Shown here: positions 20,364 to 29,491 of the stretch, one piece after another
Layout of the letters: the number at the start of each line of letters is the position of its first letter
Numbering within the stretch: the stretch's first letter is position 1
Source: Cyanobacteria bacterium P01_D01_bin.156
Lineage (GTDB): Bacteria; Cyanobacteriota; Cyanobacteriia; Phormidesmidales; Phormidesmidaceae
Assembly: GCA_039024555.1 (NCBI GenBank)
Contig: JBCCQQ010000051.1
Coordinates: 1-45,644, forward strand
Direction: 5' to 3'
DNA: 45,644 nucleotides
Made by a program: the position numbers and the translations under genes
Notes under the pieces: generated by a model
Told to the model about the DNA's origin: nothing
Seen by the model: only the letters and a program-made list of their open reading frames with translations
Databases searched by the model: none

Positions 20364-21608
20364 ATGCGTAACTCCTCATTTTTTACTCAGATATTGATGA
20401 CGGGGACAATGGGGGTAGCCATTGGCCTATGTTTGGGGTGGACGAAACAAACCACTACACAGGCGCAAACGGTACAGGGTAGTGATGTCCCCATGGAGTT
20501 TTTGGTCTTAGCAGGTGGTGGTGCCCCCAGCTATAACGAAATAGCCCTCGAAAAAAATGTGCGTTACTTTCAGCGAACTCTGGGGGCATTAGGCATTGAT
20601 TTCACCGGCACTCGTCAGTATTTTGCCAATGGTAACAGTGGTGAATCCACCGTTCGCTATCTCAACTTTTTGGGACAAGAACAGTTTAAGCCACCAGAAA
20701 TTGACAACTTAGATGGTCCTGCAACGGTTGATAATGCCCAAACGTGGTTTGAAAATTTAGCGAATAAGTCCTCCCCGTGTCCCGCATTTTTCTATTTCAC
20801 AGGGCATGGAGCGTATAACAGAGAGAATCCTGATAACAATGCCATGATTCTTTGGGAAGAGAAACTAGTATCGGTGCAACAACTTACCAGCTGGCTCGAT
20901 CAGCTGCCGCCTGAGCAGCCTTTTGTAACCATGATGGCCCAATGTTTTTCAGGGTCTTTTGCTAATCTTATTTATGAACAGGGAAATCCAGAAAATCCGG
21001 TAGCATTGCAAACTCGCTGTGGTTTTTTTGCCACTGTCAAAGAACGTCCTTCTGTGGGCTGTACTCCGGCAGTCAATGAGGCCGACTACCGCGACTACAG
21101 TTCTAGCTTTTTTGCTGGGCTTAGCGGTGTTGATCGTATCGGTCAGCCAGTAGCCTCTGCTGATTATAACAACGATGGTGTTGTAGCCTATTCCGAGGCC
21201 CATGCCTTTGCCAAGGTGGATGAAGAGACGACAGATTGGCCAGTATCTACTCTAGAGGTTTGGTTGCAAGAACAAGCTGGGGAAGACAAAATTGCTGATA
21301 TTTTTGCCCAATCAATGTCAGTTCGGTTGAAAAATGCATCTGTTCAACGTCAGTATGTAGTGAGATCCTTAACCGAAAAACTTGGTTTAGATATTGATAA
21401 ATCCTATGCTGAGCAAATGCCGCCAGTGGACTTTGAGTCGGTGACAGGGGCTTATTGGGTACGGCTGGGTATGGAGCTTATCAATATTGCCATGATCCAG
21501 GAAATTCGTCTAAGCGAAGATACGGCAGCTAAATCTACTTTGGATAAGCTCACTAGCTGCGAAGATGGGCATTTTCCTCCTTCAACAGAAGAGAAAAAGC
21601 TGTCTTAG
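20364..21608 (+). CDS. Exported clan CD cysteine peptidase (caspase/peptidase C13-like) with an EF-hand-like motif
   Basis: Hydrophobic N-terminus; His motif FFYFTGHG; Cys motif MMAQCFSGSF; DYNNDGVVAYSE. Confidence 0.8.
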   Translation: MRNSSFFTQILMTGTMGVAIGLCLGWTKQTTTQAQTVQGSDVPMEFLVLAGGGAPSYNEIALEKNVRYFQRTLGALGIDFTGTRQYFANGNSGESTVRYLNFLGQEQFKPPEIDNLDGPATVDNAQTWFENLANKSSPCPAFFYFTGHGAYNRENPDNNAMILWEEKLVSVQQLTSWLDQLPPEQPFVTMMAQCFSGSFANLIYEQGNPENPVALQTRCGFFATVKERPSVGCTPAVNEADYRDYSSSFFAGLSGVDRIGQPVASADYNNDGVVAYSEAHAFAKVDEETTDWPVSTLEVWLQEQAGEDKIADIFAQSMSVRLKNASVQRQYVVRSLTEKLGLDIDKSYAEQMPPVDFESVTGAYWVRLGMELINIAMIQEIRLSEDTAAKSTLDKLTSCEDGHFPPSTEEKKLS

Positions 21609-21810
21609 CGAAAGATTATGGCAGTGTGGTTCAAATATAGCCATGGTCTTGAGAAAACTTCACTCCTCACTCTGAAATAAATCACTCAAATTAGAATCGG
21701 TTAGAAAAAGTTCAATAACAGCTCTGAATATATTAATTGATTGATCTTAAGAGATTTGCTATGATTCGTGTTTGCTAGAATCATAGCCGCGAAACCGTAG
21801 TTTCTGATAT

Positions 21811-21861
21811 AAAAATCTTCTTCTATCTCTGCTAAAAGTAGAGATAGAAGAAGAAGATTTT
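21811..21861. terminator. Long stem-loop, probable terminator between convergent genes
   Basis: 15-bp arms TCTTCTTCTATCTCT (21816-21830) / AGAGATAGAAGAAGA (21840-21854), flanked by A5 and T4. Confidence 0.7.
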
Positions 21862-21890
21862 GCCTACGTTGAGTCACGGGAGTACATCCC

Positions 21891-22201
21891 GATAAATTAG
21901 AAAGAACTGTTAAAGGGTAATAATATTGTCATTTTTACCCTCAATTACCTCTTTCACTCTCAATAGAATCATATACCAGCAGGCCTGATACTTAGTAGTC
22001 TGCACAGTAAACGTACTTTTTAGTTCTTGGGCACCAAGCATAACCCCAGCCTCCATTTACGACTTCTGCATGTTTGTCGGAAATGGGTTGCCAAAGAACT
22101 GGCTTAACTTCTTTTGACCTGTGAGTAGCCATAGACATGGTGTTACACCTTGATAAATTAGAGAAAACTGTTGAAGGGAATAATATTTGTTTCTTTCCCT
22201 T
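21891..22201 (-). repeat. Two copies of a ~50-bp direct repeat (21891-21941 and 22152-22201) flanking the peptide gene
   Basis: GATAAATTAGAAAGAACTGTTAAAGGGTAATAATATT vs GATAAATTAGAGAAAACTGTTGAAGGG-AATAATATT. Confidence 0.8.
21992..22138 (-). CDS. Double-glycine-leader peptide precursor (bacteriocin/RiPP-like), 48 aa
   Basis: AGGT RBS before ATG 22138; leader MSMATHRSKEVKPVLWQPISDKHAEVVNGG; core WGYAWCPRTKKYVYCADY. Confidence 0.75.
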   Translation of the reverse strand: MSMATHRSKEVKPVLWQPISDKHAEVVNGGWGYAWCPRTKKYVYCADY

Positions 22202-22341
22202 ACACATATCATCCTCTCATAGAGATATGGCTGGTATAACAGTAAGACTGCTGAGCCTCTGATTAATGTCCTATTCAGTTATCTCTGAAAAGACTTTTAG
22301 TGTTGTTCAATCCTATTAATGAAATGGATGTAACAGCTGAG

Positions 22342-23766
22342 TTAATTTACCTTTAGGGTGCCACCGTACTTCATAGGAATCTGGCTCTCATAGGATAGTC
22401 CCTTGATGTCGCTGTAGAGCCTGATGTATTCCAGGGCAGAGTTTTCCCAACTAAAGTTCTCTGCCATCGCTCGCTGTTGCAGTTTCTTCCAGAAAGGCTT
22501 GTACTGAAAACCTTCCCAAGCGCGAACCATGCAGGTAAACAAATCTAGAGGTTCGTAACGGTCAAAGCAATAGCCCGTGCCAGCACCGTTGACTGGATCG
22601 TGGTGGCTAACAGTATCCACCAGACCCCCAGTGCGGCGTACGATGGGGATGCAACCGTAGCGCATGGCAATCATCTGGCTAATGCCGCAGGGCTCAAACT
22701 TAGATGGCATCAGAAATGCATCAGCTCCAGCGTAGATCTTTTGAGCCAGCTGGCTGCTGTACATCAGATATACCGACACTCGGCCTGGGTATCGATTAGA
22801 AAGCTCCCACAGCTGGGTCTCGTAGTGGCGATTGCCAGACCCTAACAACACTAGCTGGGCATCGGTATAGGCTAAAAATCGATCAATTGTCTGCAGAATG
22901 AGATCGATTCCCTTTTGCTCGACTAATCGACTAACTAAGCCGATTAGAAAACGGCCATCGTCCACTTCAAGCCCCATTTCTTCCTGCAGGGTTTGCTTAT
23001 TAATGGCACGCTTCTCTAAGGTCTCAGCTGTGTAGGTTTGGGTAATTTGATCATCAGTTTCAGGATTAAATGTTTCAAGATCAATGCCGTTGACAATACC
23101 GCTCAGTTTTTCGCTGATGTAAGACAATAATCCTTCTAGCTTTTCACCATATTCCTTGGTTTGAATTTGTTGTGCATAGGTGGGAGACACAGCATTGACT
23201 CGATCTGCGTAAAGTAGAGCTGCGGCCATGGTGCTGTCGCCTTGCATATACCAAGGGCACCAGGTGATTTTATCCAGCTTCCAACGCCAGGGACCTTGGT
23301 AGGCTAGGTTGTGAATGGTAAAAACGGTGGAAACGTCTGGAGTTTGGTGCATCCATACTGGCAGCATGCCCGTATGCCAGTCATGACAATGAATAACATC
23401 GGGCTTCCAATAGTTCCAGCAAAATTCGGCAGCACCATTGGCGAAAAAGGTAAAGCGCCAATCTTCATCCTTGGTGCCGTAGACTTCATCGGGGTCAAAT
23501 GCTGGATGGCCAAAAAGATATAGGGGGACATCTGACTTTGGCAGCGTTGTTTCATACACGCCAAAAGCATTGAACATGGCGTATCCCCACCACATGGGTT
23601 CTTCAGGGATGTCCAATTTCTGCCCCATAAACCCGTAGTAGGGCATGAAAACACGTACATCGTGGCCCATGGCCCGCAGAACTTTGGGCAATGTACCGAC
23701 GACATCTCCCATACCGCCCACTTTTGCTAAGGGTGCGGCTTCTGCTGCCACAAATAAAATTCGCAT
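22342..23766 (-). CDS. glgA: Glycogen synthase
   Basis: [56 protein letters not shown]. Confidence 0.97.
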   Translation of the reverse strand: MRILFVAAEAAPLAKVGGMGDVVGTLPKVLRAMGHDVRVFMPYYGFMGQKLDIPEEPMWWGYAMFNAFGVYETTLPKSDVPLYLFGHPAFDPDEVYGTKDEDWRFTFFANGAAEFCWNYWKPDVIHCHDWHTGMLPVWMHQTPDVSTVFTIHNLAYQGPWRWKLDKITWCPWYMQGDSTMAAALLYADRVNAVSPTYAQQIQTKEYGEKLEGLLSYISEKLSGIVNGIDLETFNPETDDQITQTYTAETLEKRAINKQTLQEEMGLEVDDGRFLIGLVSRLVEQKGIDLILQTIDRFLAYTDAQLVLLGSGNRHYETQLWELSNRYPGRVSVYLMYSSQLAQKIYAGADAFLMPSKFEPCGISQMIAMRYGCIPIVRRTGGLVDTVSHHDPVNGAGTGYCFDRYEPLDLFTCMVRAWEGFQYKPFWKKLQQRAMAENFSWENSALEYIRLYSDIKGLSYESQIPMKYGGTLKVN

Positions 23767-23941
23767 TGCGTTCTTGGTGCCCCGTTAGTAACCCTGCTCC
23801 ACGGGATCAAGTCTAGATGGGGATTGACCCTGTGCATAGTGCTGAAGCCTACGGATATAGCTTCAATAGAATGACTGAGCCCAAAAATGGAGGGTAGGAA
23901 TTGCCTATCCTCCAAATAATGATGAATTTTCTCGGCCAGCG

Positions 23942-24898
23942 CTAACGACTTTCAGCTGCGATCGCATCCAAAATTTCCTGGGCACCTGCTTCCTTGGCTC
24001 GCTTGGCTAGGGTAGTTCCCATCTCGTCGGCTGCATCCACAGGACCAGCGATCGTATCTTTCACTAGCGTTTTGCCATCTAGGCTGGCCACAATGCCAGT
24101 TAACGTTAGGCTATCTCCCTCGATCACCGTGTTCACCCCAATAGGTACCTGGCAGCCCCCTTCGAGCTCCCGTAAAAATGCACGCTCTGCATAGCAACGC
24201 TGGGCTGTGGGCATATCCTCCAGAGTTTTAATCACCGCCAGAATGTCTGAGTCCCCACTGCGACATTCAATGCCTAGAGCACCTTGACCAACAGCATGGA
24301 GCGAGATCTCGGCAGGTACCACCTGTTGGATGCGATCGCCCATGTCTAAACGTTTTAATCCTGCTACCGCCAGAATGATGGCATCGTACTGACCTTCATC
24401 TAGCTTACGTAAGCGGGTATTTAGGTTGCCGCGAATATCCTTGAATTGGAAGGATGGAAAATGATGACGTAGCTGAGCGAGGCGACGTAGTGAAGATGTG
24501 CCAATAATGGCCCCGTCCGGCAGCTGATCGAGGGTCTTGCCGGCGTGCTTTTCGTGAACTACTAGTGCATCAGCGGGATCTTCCCGTTCCGTTACACAGC
24601 CCAGCATCAGCCCTTCCGGTAGACGGGTGGGCAAATCCTTTAGGGAATGCACGGCAAAGTCAATGCTGCCGTTGAGCATGTCGTCTTCTAGCTCTTGGGT
24701 AAAGAGACCCTTGTCGCCAATCTTGGATAGAGAAATATCGAGAATCTTATCCCCTTTGCTCTCCATGGTTTTAACTTCAAAGTTAATCTCAGGAAAACGC
24801 TTTTGTAGCTCACCCTGGACCCAGTGCGTTTGCACTAGGGCAAGCTGACTTTTACGAGAACCAATCCGGATAGTGCGGGTTGCTACATTTGGGGACAT
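23942..24898 (-). CDS. hemC: Porphobilinogen deaminase (hydroxymethylbilane synthase)
   Basis: [52 protein letters not shown]. Confidence 0.98.
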   Translation of the reverse strand: MSPNVATRTIRIGSRKSQLALVQTHWVQGELQKRFPEINFEVKTMESKGDKILDISLSKIGDKGLFTQELEDDMLNGSIDFAVHSLKDLPTRLPEGLMLGCVTEREDPADALVVHEKHAGKTLDQLPDGAIIGTSSLRRLAQLRHHFPSFQFKDIRGNLNTRLRKLDEGQYDAIILAVAGLKRLDMGDRIQQVVPAEISLHAVGQGALGIECRSGDSDILAVIKTLEDMPTAQRCYAERAFLRELEGGCQVPIGVNTVIEGDSLTLTGIVASLDGKTLVKDTIAGPVDAADEMGTTLAKRAKEAGAQEILDAIAAESR

Positions 24899-25130
24899 AG
24901 TGAACAGATTTGTTATGGTGAATTAGCCAGCGCCCGCTGGCCGGATGACTTGCCGCTGCGTATGTATTAAAACGTATTCACGTCCAGAACAGTCATTGTT
25001 CCGTCAAGGAAGTGATGGACCTTACCTGAACGTGGTTTACTAGCAACGACAGAAAATACATAAGACTTTAAGATTACAGCACCGATGACCGCTCACGGTG
25101 GCTAATCCTTTCGAGTACAAAGTTCTGTAA

Positions 25131-26567
25131 ATGAATGTTTATTTTGGTTTACGAAAGTCTCCGTCCCAGCAATTTGGCAACTGGCATCATCGGTTCGTTG
25201 GCTTGGCGGGGGCTTTAATTGCCTCTGTAGCCATTGTCTTACCCCTGCCAGCCTATGGCCAGCGAGTAGATCCGGTGCTGTTGGATGCTTTCCTAACCAA
25301 TCCGTTGGAGGCTGAACCACGGGATCCATTAGTTCCTGAGACAGTGGTAGATCGTCCCCTGAGTCCGTTGGAGCTTTACTCAATAGAGCTAGAACTGTTT
25401 CGGATGGATGCTCAGGCCCAGCAGCTACTATTAGCAGGCCAGCCCGACGAAGCCTTTGCTCTCTGGATGCGAGAAGTACAGCTGCGACGCCTATTTGGTA
25501 TCGAATCTGAGTTAGAAGCGTTAGGGCGGATTGGGCAGCAGGCATGGAACTCTCAGCGGTCCCTAGAAGTGCGATTAATGTCCGTGCGGGTCAAGCGAAT
25601 TTGGGAGATTGAACAGGAAACAGCTTCTCTGGAGCGGGTAGAAACTATCGCGAATATTGCTCAAATCCTACGGATGCGCGATACATCCACTGACATTTAT
25701 CAGCAGCTGATCACCATGACTGCTGGTGAAGAACAGCGTGGGTGGGAGGTGATTTTAGCCGCCCACTATTTACAGTGGTTTGATTTTTCCAATGCTGCTC
25801 AGATGTATACCGAGCTGGTTGCCCAGGCCAAGGCTCAGGGAAATATTCTGGAGCATACTCAATTTCTTAAAGACCTGATTTATAGCTATCAGCAAACAAA
25901 GCAGTTGAGCCTGGCGCTACCCTTTCAGGCAGAACTGTTGCAGCTATATCGGGCGACGGGGCAGAGCGATCGCGAACCTCCTCTAGAGATTGATATGGCC
26001 CGTAATTTGAAAGCAGTTGGGCAATATTCCCAGGCGGTTGATTACTATCAGCTGGCCTATGCAACTGCTCAAAAGCTAGAGCTCTATGGCCATGTCAGTA
26101 CGGTGCTTAAAGAGCTAGGAGACTTGTACGCTGAGCAAGGTCTGACCAATGAAGCCTTAACCATGTACAACCTGTTGGTGCGAGCGGAGCAACGGGTCTA
26201 TAACCAGTACGGTATCTTAGCGGCCTACGATCGTTTGGGGCAAACGTATCTCGCTGCTGGCGATCAGCAGAACTCCCTAGTGGCGTTTCGTGCCGGTTTG
26301 GCGTTTGCAGAGTCCTTAAAGTATCGCGAGGCTTATTTCCGAGGGGAGGTGGCAAAACTTAGTTTGAATGCTCCAGTGCCTGAAGAGTCAGAAGCAGAGC
26401 CTTCCTTAGGTGATTCGGTGCGGGAGGAGTTGCGAGACAACCCACCGTTTGATGCTAGCCCTGATGACGTGGAGCCGTCGAGCCCAGCTCCTGAAATGCC
26501 CGTGGCTCCTCCAGATGTGGAAATTATTACTGACGAGACCGTGGATATTATCCCTGCTGGGGAATGA
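25131..26567 (+). CDS. Exported TPR protein with an acidic Pro-rich tail
   Basis: Signal/TM segment; DPLVP...RPLSPLE; TPR-like helices (GQYSQAVDYYQLA, LGDLYAEQG, LGQTYLAAG). Confidence 0.8.
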   Translation: MNVYFGLRKSPSQQFGNWHHRFVGLAGALIASVAIVLPLPAYGQRVDPVLLDAFLTNPLEAEPRDPLVPETVVDRPLSPLELYSIELELFRMDAQAQQLLLAGQPDEAFALWMREVQLRRLFGIESELEALGRIGQQAWNSQRSLEVRLMSVRVKRIWEIEQETASLERVETIANIAQILRMRDTSTDIYQQLITMTAGEEQRGWEVILAAHYLQWFDFSNAAQMYTELVAQAKAQGNILEHTQFLKDLIYSYQQTKQLSLALPFQAELLQLYRATGQSDREPPLEIDMARNLKAVGQYSQAVDYYQLAYATAQKLELYGHVSTVLKELGDLYAEQGLTNEALTMYNLLVRAEQRVYNQYGILAAYDRLGQTYLAAGDQQNSLVAFRAGLAFAESLKYREAYFRGEVAKLSLNAPVPEESEAEPSLGDSVREELRDNPPFDASPDDVEPSSPAPEMPVAPPDVEIITDETVDIIPAGE

Positions 26568-26586
26568 GTCCTTTTTGCCTAGATGC

Positions 26587-27321
26587 CTATAGCAAAAGCT
26601 TGAGGCCGATTAGACCCAGTAGTACTAAGACGACCTGGCGGAACTGTTCTGCGTTGATATAGTTCGATAGCCAAAACCCTAGCCCCAAACCACCGACAAA
26701 AAATGGGGTGGCATAGCCGATTTGAGTAAAGAGCATTTTGTCGAAGTGACCTTGCCATAGGTGAGTTGCGATCGCAACCACCGACATCACTGAAAATGCT
26801 CCGGGCATATGGCTTTTAAACTGCTCAGGACTCCATTCATTAAAGTTGCCGTAGATGACAATGGGCGGTCCTCCAGTATTGAAAGCACCTGCCAGGACAC
26901 CTGAGGCCGCCCCAAAGGCATAGGCCCAGCGTCGTCCCTGGATATCGGGAGCCGATAATTGCAAACTTGAATAAATCACATAGGCCAGAACAAAGACACC
27001 CAGAATTTGCAACGCTAAATGTTCGGGGATGTGGTGCAGGCCGAGGACACCGATGGGAATAGTTAATAGTCCTGCTCCCAGCAAATGAATGATGCGGGAC
27101 CATTCGAAACTATCTCGGTAGTGCCACCATAAAGCGATGTTGCCCACCAGACTGACGACCAGGACTAAGCTGACAGCAGGTTGGAGATCCATGAAAAAAG
27201 GCAACAGGGATATGGCCACAAGGGCAAACCCAAATCCCGTTAAACTCTGGACAAATGATGCCAGTCCCACGATCAATCCAATCCACAGGGTGTTAATTAA
27301 GCTGTCATCTAGAAATTCCAT
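26587..27321 (-). CDS. TauE/SafE family membrane transporter (sulfite exporter-like)
   Basis: ASFVQSLTGFGFALV, GVLAGAFNTGGPP; about 8 TM helices. Confidence 0.9.
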   Translation of the reverse strand: MEFLDDSLINTLWIGLIVGLASFVQSLTGFGFALVAISLLPFFMDLQPAVSLVLVVSLVGNIALWWHYRDSFEWSRIIHLLGAGLLTIPIGVLGLHHIPEHLALQILGVFVLAYVIYSSLQLSAPDIQGRRWAYAFGAASGVLAGAFNTGGPPIVIYGNFNEWSPEQFKSHMPGAFSVMSVVAIATHLWQGHFDKMLFTQIGYATPFFVGGLGLGFWLSNYINAEQFRQVVLVLLGLIGLKLLL

Positions 27322-27445
27322 TCAGCGATCGCGGCAACATACCCCCTGATCTTACAGAGTATTAAGAAAAATCATCAAATGTAAATTCAGTTAATAGGCA
27401 ATTCACTATATTTGAATATGCACCTATGGTTTTGCCGATACAGTT

Positions 27446-27955
27446 ATGACAGCGACTTCTGGTACTCCTAAAGAACGTGCGCGCCAAATGACCAATGACT
27501 GTATTGCCATGCGTTTACGGCAGCTTAACCGGATGGTGACCCGTCTTTATGATGAAGCGCTGCGGCCTTTAGGGTTAACGGTTAATCAGCTCAATATTCT
27601 GGCTACGGTTGTGAGCCGTGGGCCCCTAGCCCCTGGTCAGCTAGGCCAAATGCTAGCTATGGAAAAATCCACCATTAGTCGCACCATAGACCGCATGCAT
27701 AAACATGGGTGGATCGACATTGGTCCTGGTAAGGATAGGCGTAGTCAATCCCTGAAAGCCACAACTCAAGGACGTCAGGTGTTACTGGCGGCAGCGCCAG
27801 TATGGGATGCACTACAGGCCAACGTGTTAGAAGCCACTGCTGAGAATGCTAGTTTGCTGAGTGCGTTTGGTCTTGATACGTATCGTAGGGATAGCGATGA
27901 AATGACCGACGAGACTTTCTATGACCATGATTGGACCGCAGCATTTTATGAGTAG
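27446..27955 (+). CDS. MarR family transcriptional regulator
   Basis: CIAMRLRQLNRMVTRLYDEALRPLGLTVNQ, EKSTISRTI, DRR, T-x-x-G wing. Confidence 0.9.
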   Translation: MTATSGTPKERARQMTNDCIAMRLRQLNRMVTRLYDEALRPLGLTVNQLNILATVVSRGPLAPGQLGQMLAMEKSTISRTIDRMHKHGWIDIGPGKDRRSQSLKATTQGRQVLLAAAPVWDALQANVLEATAENASLLSAFGLDTYRRDSDEMTDETFYDHDWTAAFYE

Positions 27956-28213
27956 CACCGTCGGCTGGAGACAGGCGTGATGTTATGTATGATGAGATGT
28001 CTCAAAAAAATGTTGCACTATATTTGATAAAAGAACGTGACCTGTAGATCCCTGTCTACTGGGTGTTCTAGAAAACTGTTGTCCTTGTAAGGAGCGTAAA
28101 ACCAGTGATTTTAGAGCTGCAAATCTGTGCAAAACAGACCTGTAAAACACAATAAGCTGTCTAGATGTCTAATTCAATGCGAGTACGTATACTCAACAGT
28201 TTTCCTGGGTGCT

Positions 28214-28648
28214 TCAAGATTGTTCTAAAAAGGCAAAAGCTTTTTGCTGCATCATTTTGAAAATGTTGTAAAACCCGTTAGCGCGTGAAGGGGTGAGACT
28301 CACATCCAATTGAGTCTCTTTAATAAAATCTGGGTCCAGGTGAACAATTTGTTCTGGTGGGAGCCCTTTTAGCCCCTCAATGAGCAATGCCACCAGTCCC
28401 TTGGTTATTTGCGCATCAGAATCACCAAGGAAATTAATGTGCCCATCTTCATCAGTGCTAGCAATGATGTAAACCTGTGAAACACAGCCTTTGACCTTAT
28501 TCTCTGTTGTTTTAGCGTCTTCTGGAAATCCTTCTAGGCGCTTTGCGTACCACAGTAACTGTTCGTAGCGGCGGCGAGGATCTTGGATCCGTTGAAAACG
28601 CTTAACGATTTTATCTAAAGCAGGGGGGCGAGTAGAGTTTACGGACAT
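28214..28648 (-). CDS. sufE: SufE cysteine desulfurase activator
   Basis: NKVKGCVSQVY, GDSDAQITKGL, SLTPSRANGF; ATG at 28648. Confidence 0.95.
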   Translation of the reverse strand: MSVNSTRPPALDKIVKRFQRIQDPRRRYEQLLWYAKRLEGFPEDAKTTENKVKGCVSQVYIIASTDEDGHINFLGDSDAQITKGLVALLIEGLKGLPPEQIVHLDPDFIKETQLDVSLTPSRANGFYNIFKMMQQKAFAFLEQS

Positions 28649-28737
28649 GGGCAATGGAGTCTGGGGCGCTACTGTTTCTAGTGTAAACCCCCTAGGTGGT
28701 ATTCCAGGCTAGAGTGCCCCATCATAGAGTTATGTGG

Positions 28738-28998
28738 CTATTCGCCATTGGCCTCTTTATTGACTAGAAACCGGTTGGCTACAGTTTCGGGCTGTAGGGC
28801 TGATAAAATTACGTGGTCAGAATCGGTAACAATGACTGCCCTCGTCCGTCGTCCGTAGGTGGCGTCCACCAGTTGCCCTGTATCTCGTGCATCTCCAATC
28901 AGGCGTTTAATAGGAGCTGATTCAGGACTGACAATGGCAACCACCCGGTTGGCGGATACGATATTGCCGAATCCAATGTTGATGAGTTTAATGTCCAT
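28738..28998 (-). CDS. remA: RemA/DUF370 family protein
   Basis: [48 protein letters not shown]. Confidence 0.9.
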   Translation of the reverse strand: MDIKLINIGFGNIVSANRVVAIVSPESAPIKRLIGDARDTGQLVDATYGRRTRAVIVTDSDHVILSALQPETVANRFLVNKEANGE

Positions 28999-29491
28999 AA
29001 TATTAAATAGAGACCTGTCAATGCAGAGTCTAGAAGACTAACAAAATGGTGCTTTTAACTGGCAATCTCCTGCGCAATGTGCCAGTGACTAAATATCTCT
29101 TACCGAAATGCTAGCGAAAAAAACAGGATCGGATCACAAAAAACAGACTTAACTATTGCAAAAATTAAGATGCATCGTTTCAATCTGCATAAAATCAAGT
29201 CTCGTGGCGGAAAAATCAAGTAAAGCTTTGCCTTAGTGGTCCATTATAGAGTTTTAGTCTGAGTTTGTACCTTGGTGTGTTGGTAAAAGTAGTGAGAAAA
29301 TGCTGTGGCCCTTGTGACTGGCTGTCTATCCTCAAAAAGGTAGAGATCTTGTAAAACCTACCCAAGGTTCCTAAAAGTATCTGTTTGAGGCGTTGAATCA
29401 GCAATTTCAAGGCAAATTTTCTTGAAAGTATTGAAATCAGTCCAAAATGTATTGAAAAGCCGTTCTTTTTAGCAGATTAGAGGAGATTTTT

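Noticed and set aside
21661..21672. ACTCCTCACTC resembling the Yfr1 sRNA motif ACTCCTCACAC
   Set aside because: One mismatch and no flanking hairpin/terminator pair
21891..22201. Direct repeats considered as a CRISPR array or att sites
   Set aside because: Only two imperfect copies 261 bp apart with a gene between; no cas or integrase genes
25102..25545. 147-aa antisense ORF, and similar shadow ORFs such as 23304-23705, 38612-38992, 43202-43555
   Set aside because: Overlap well-supported genes on the opposite strand or in another frame
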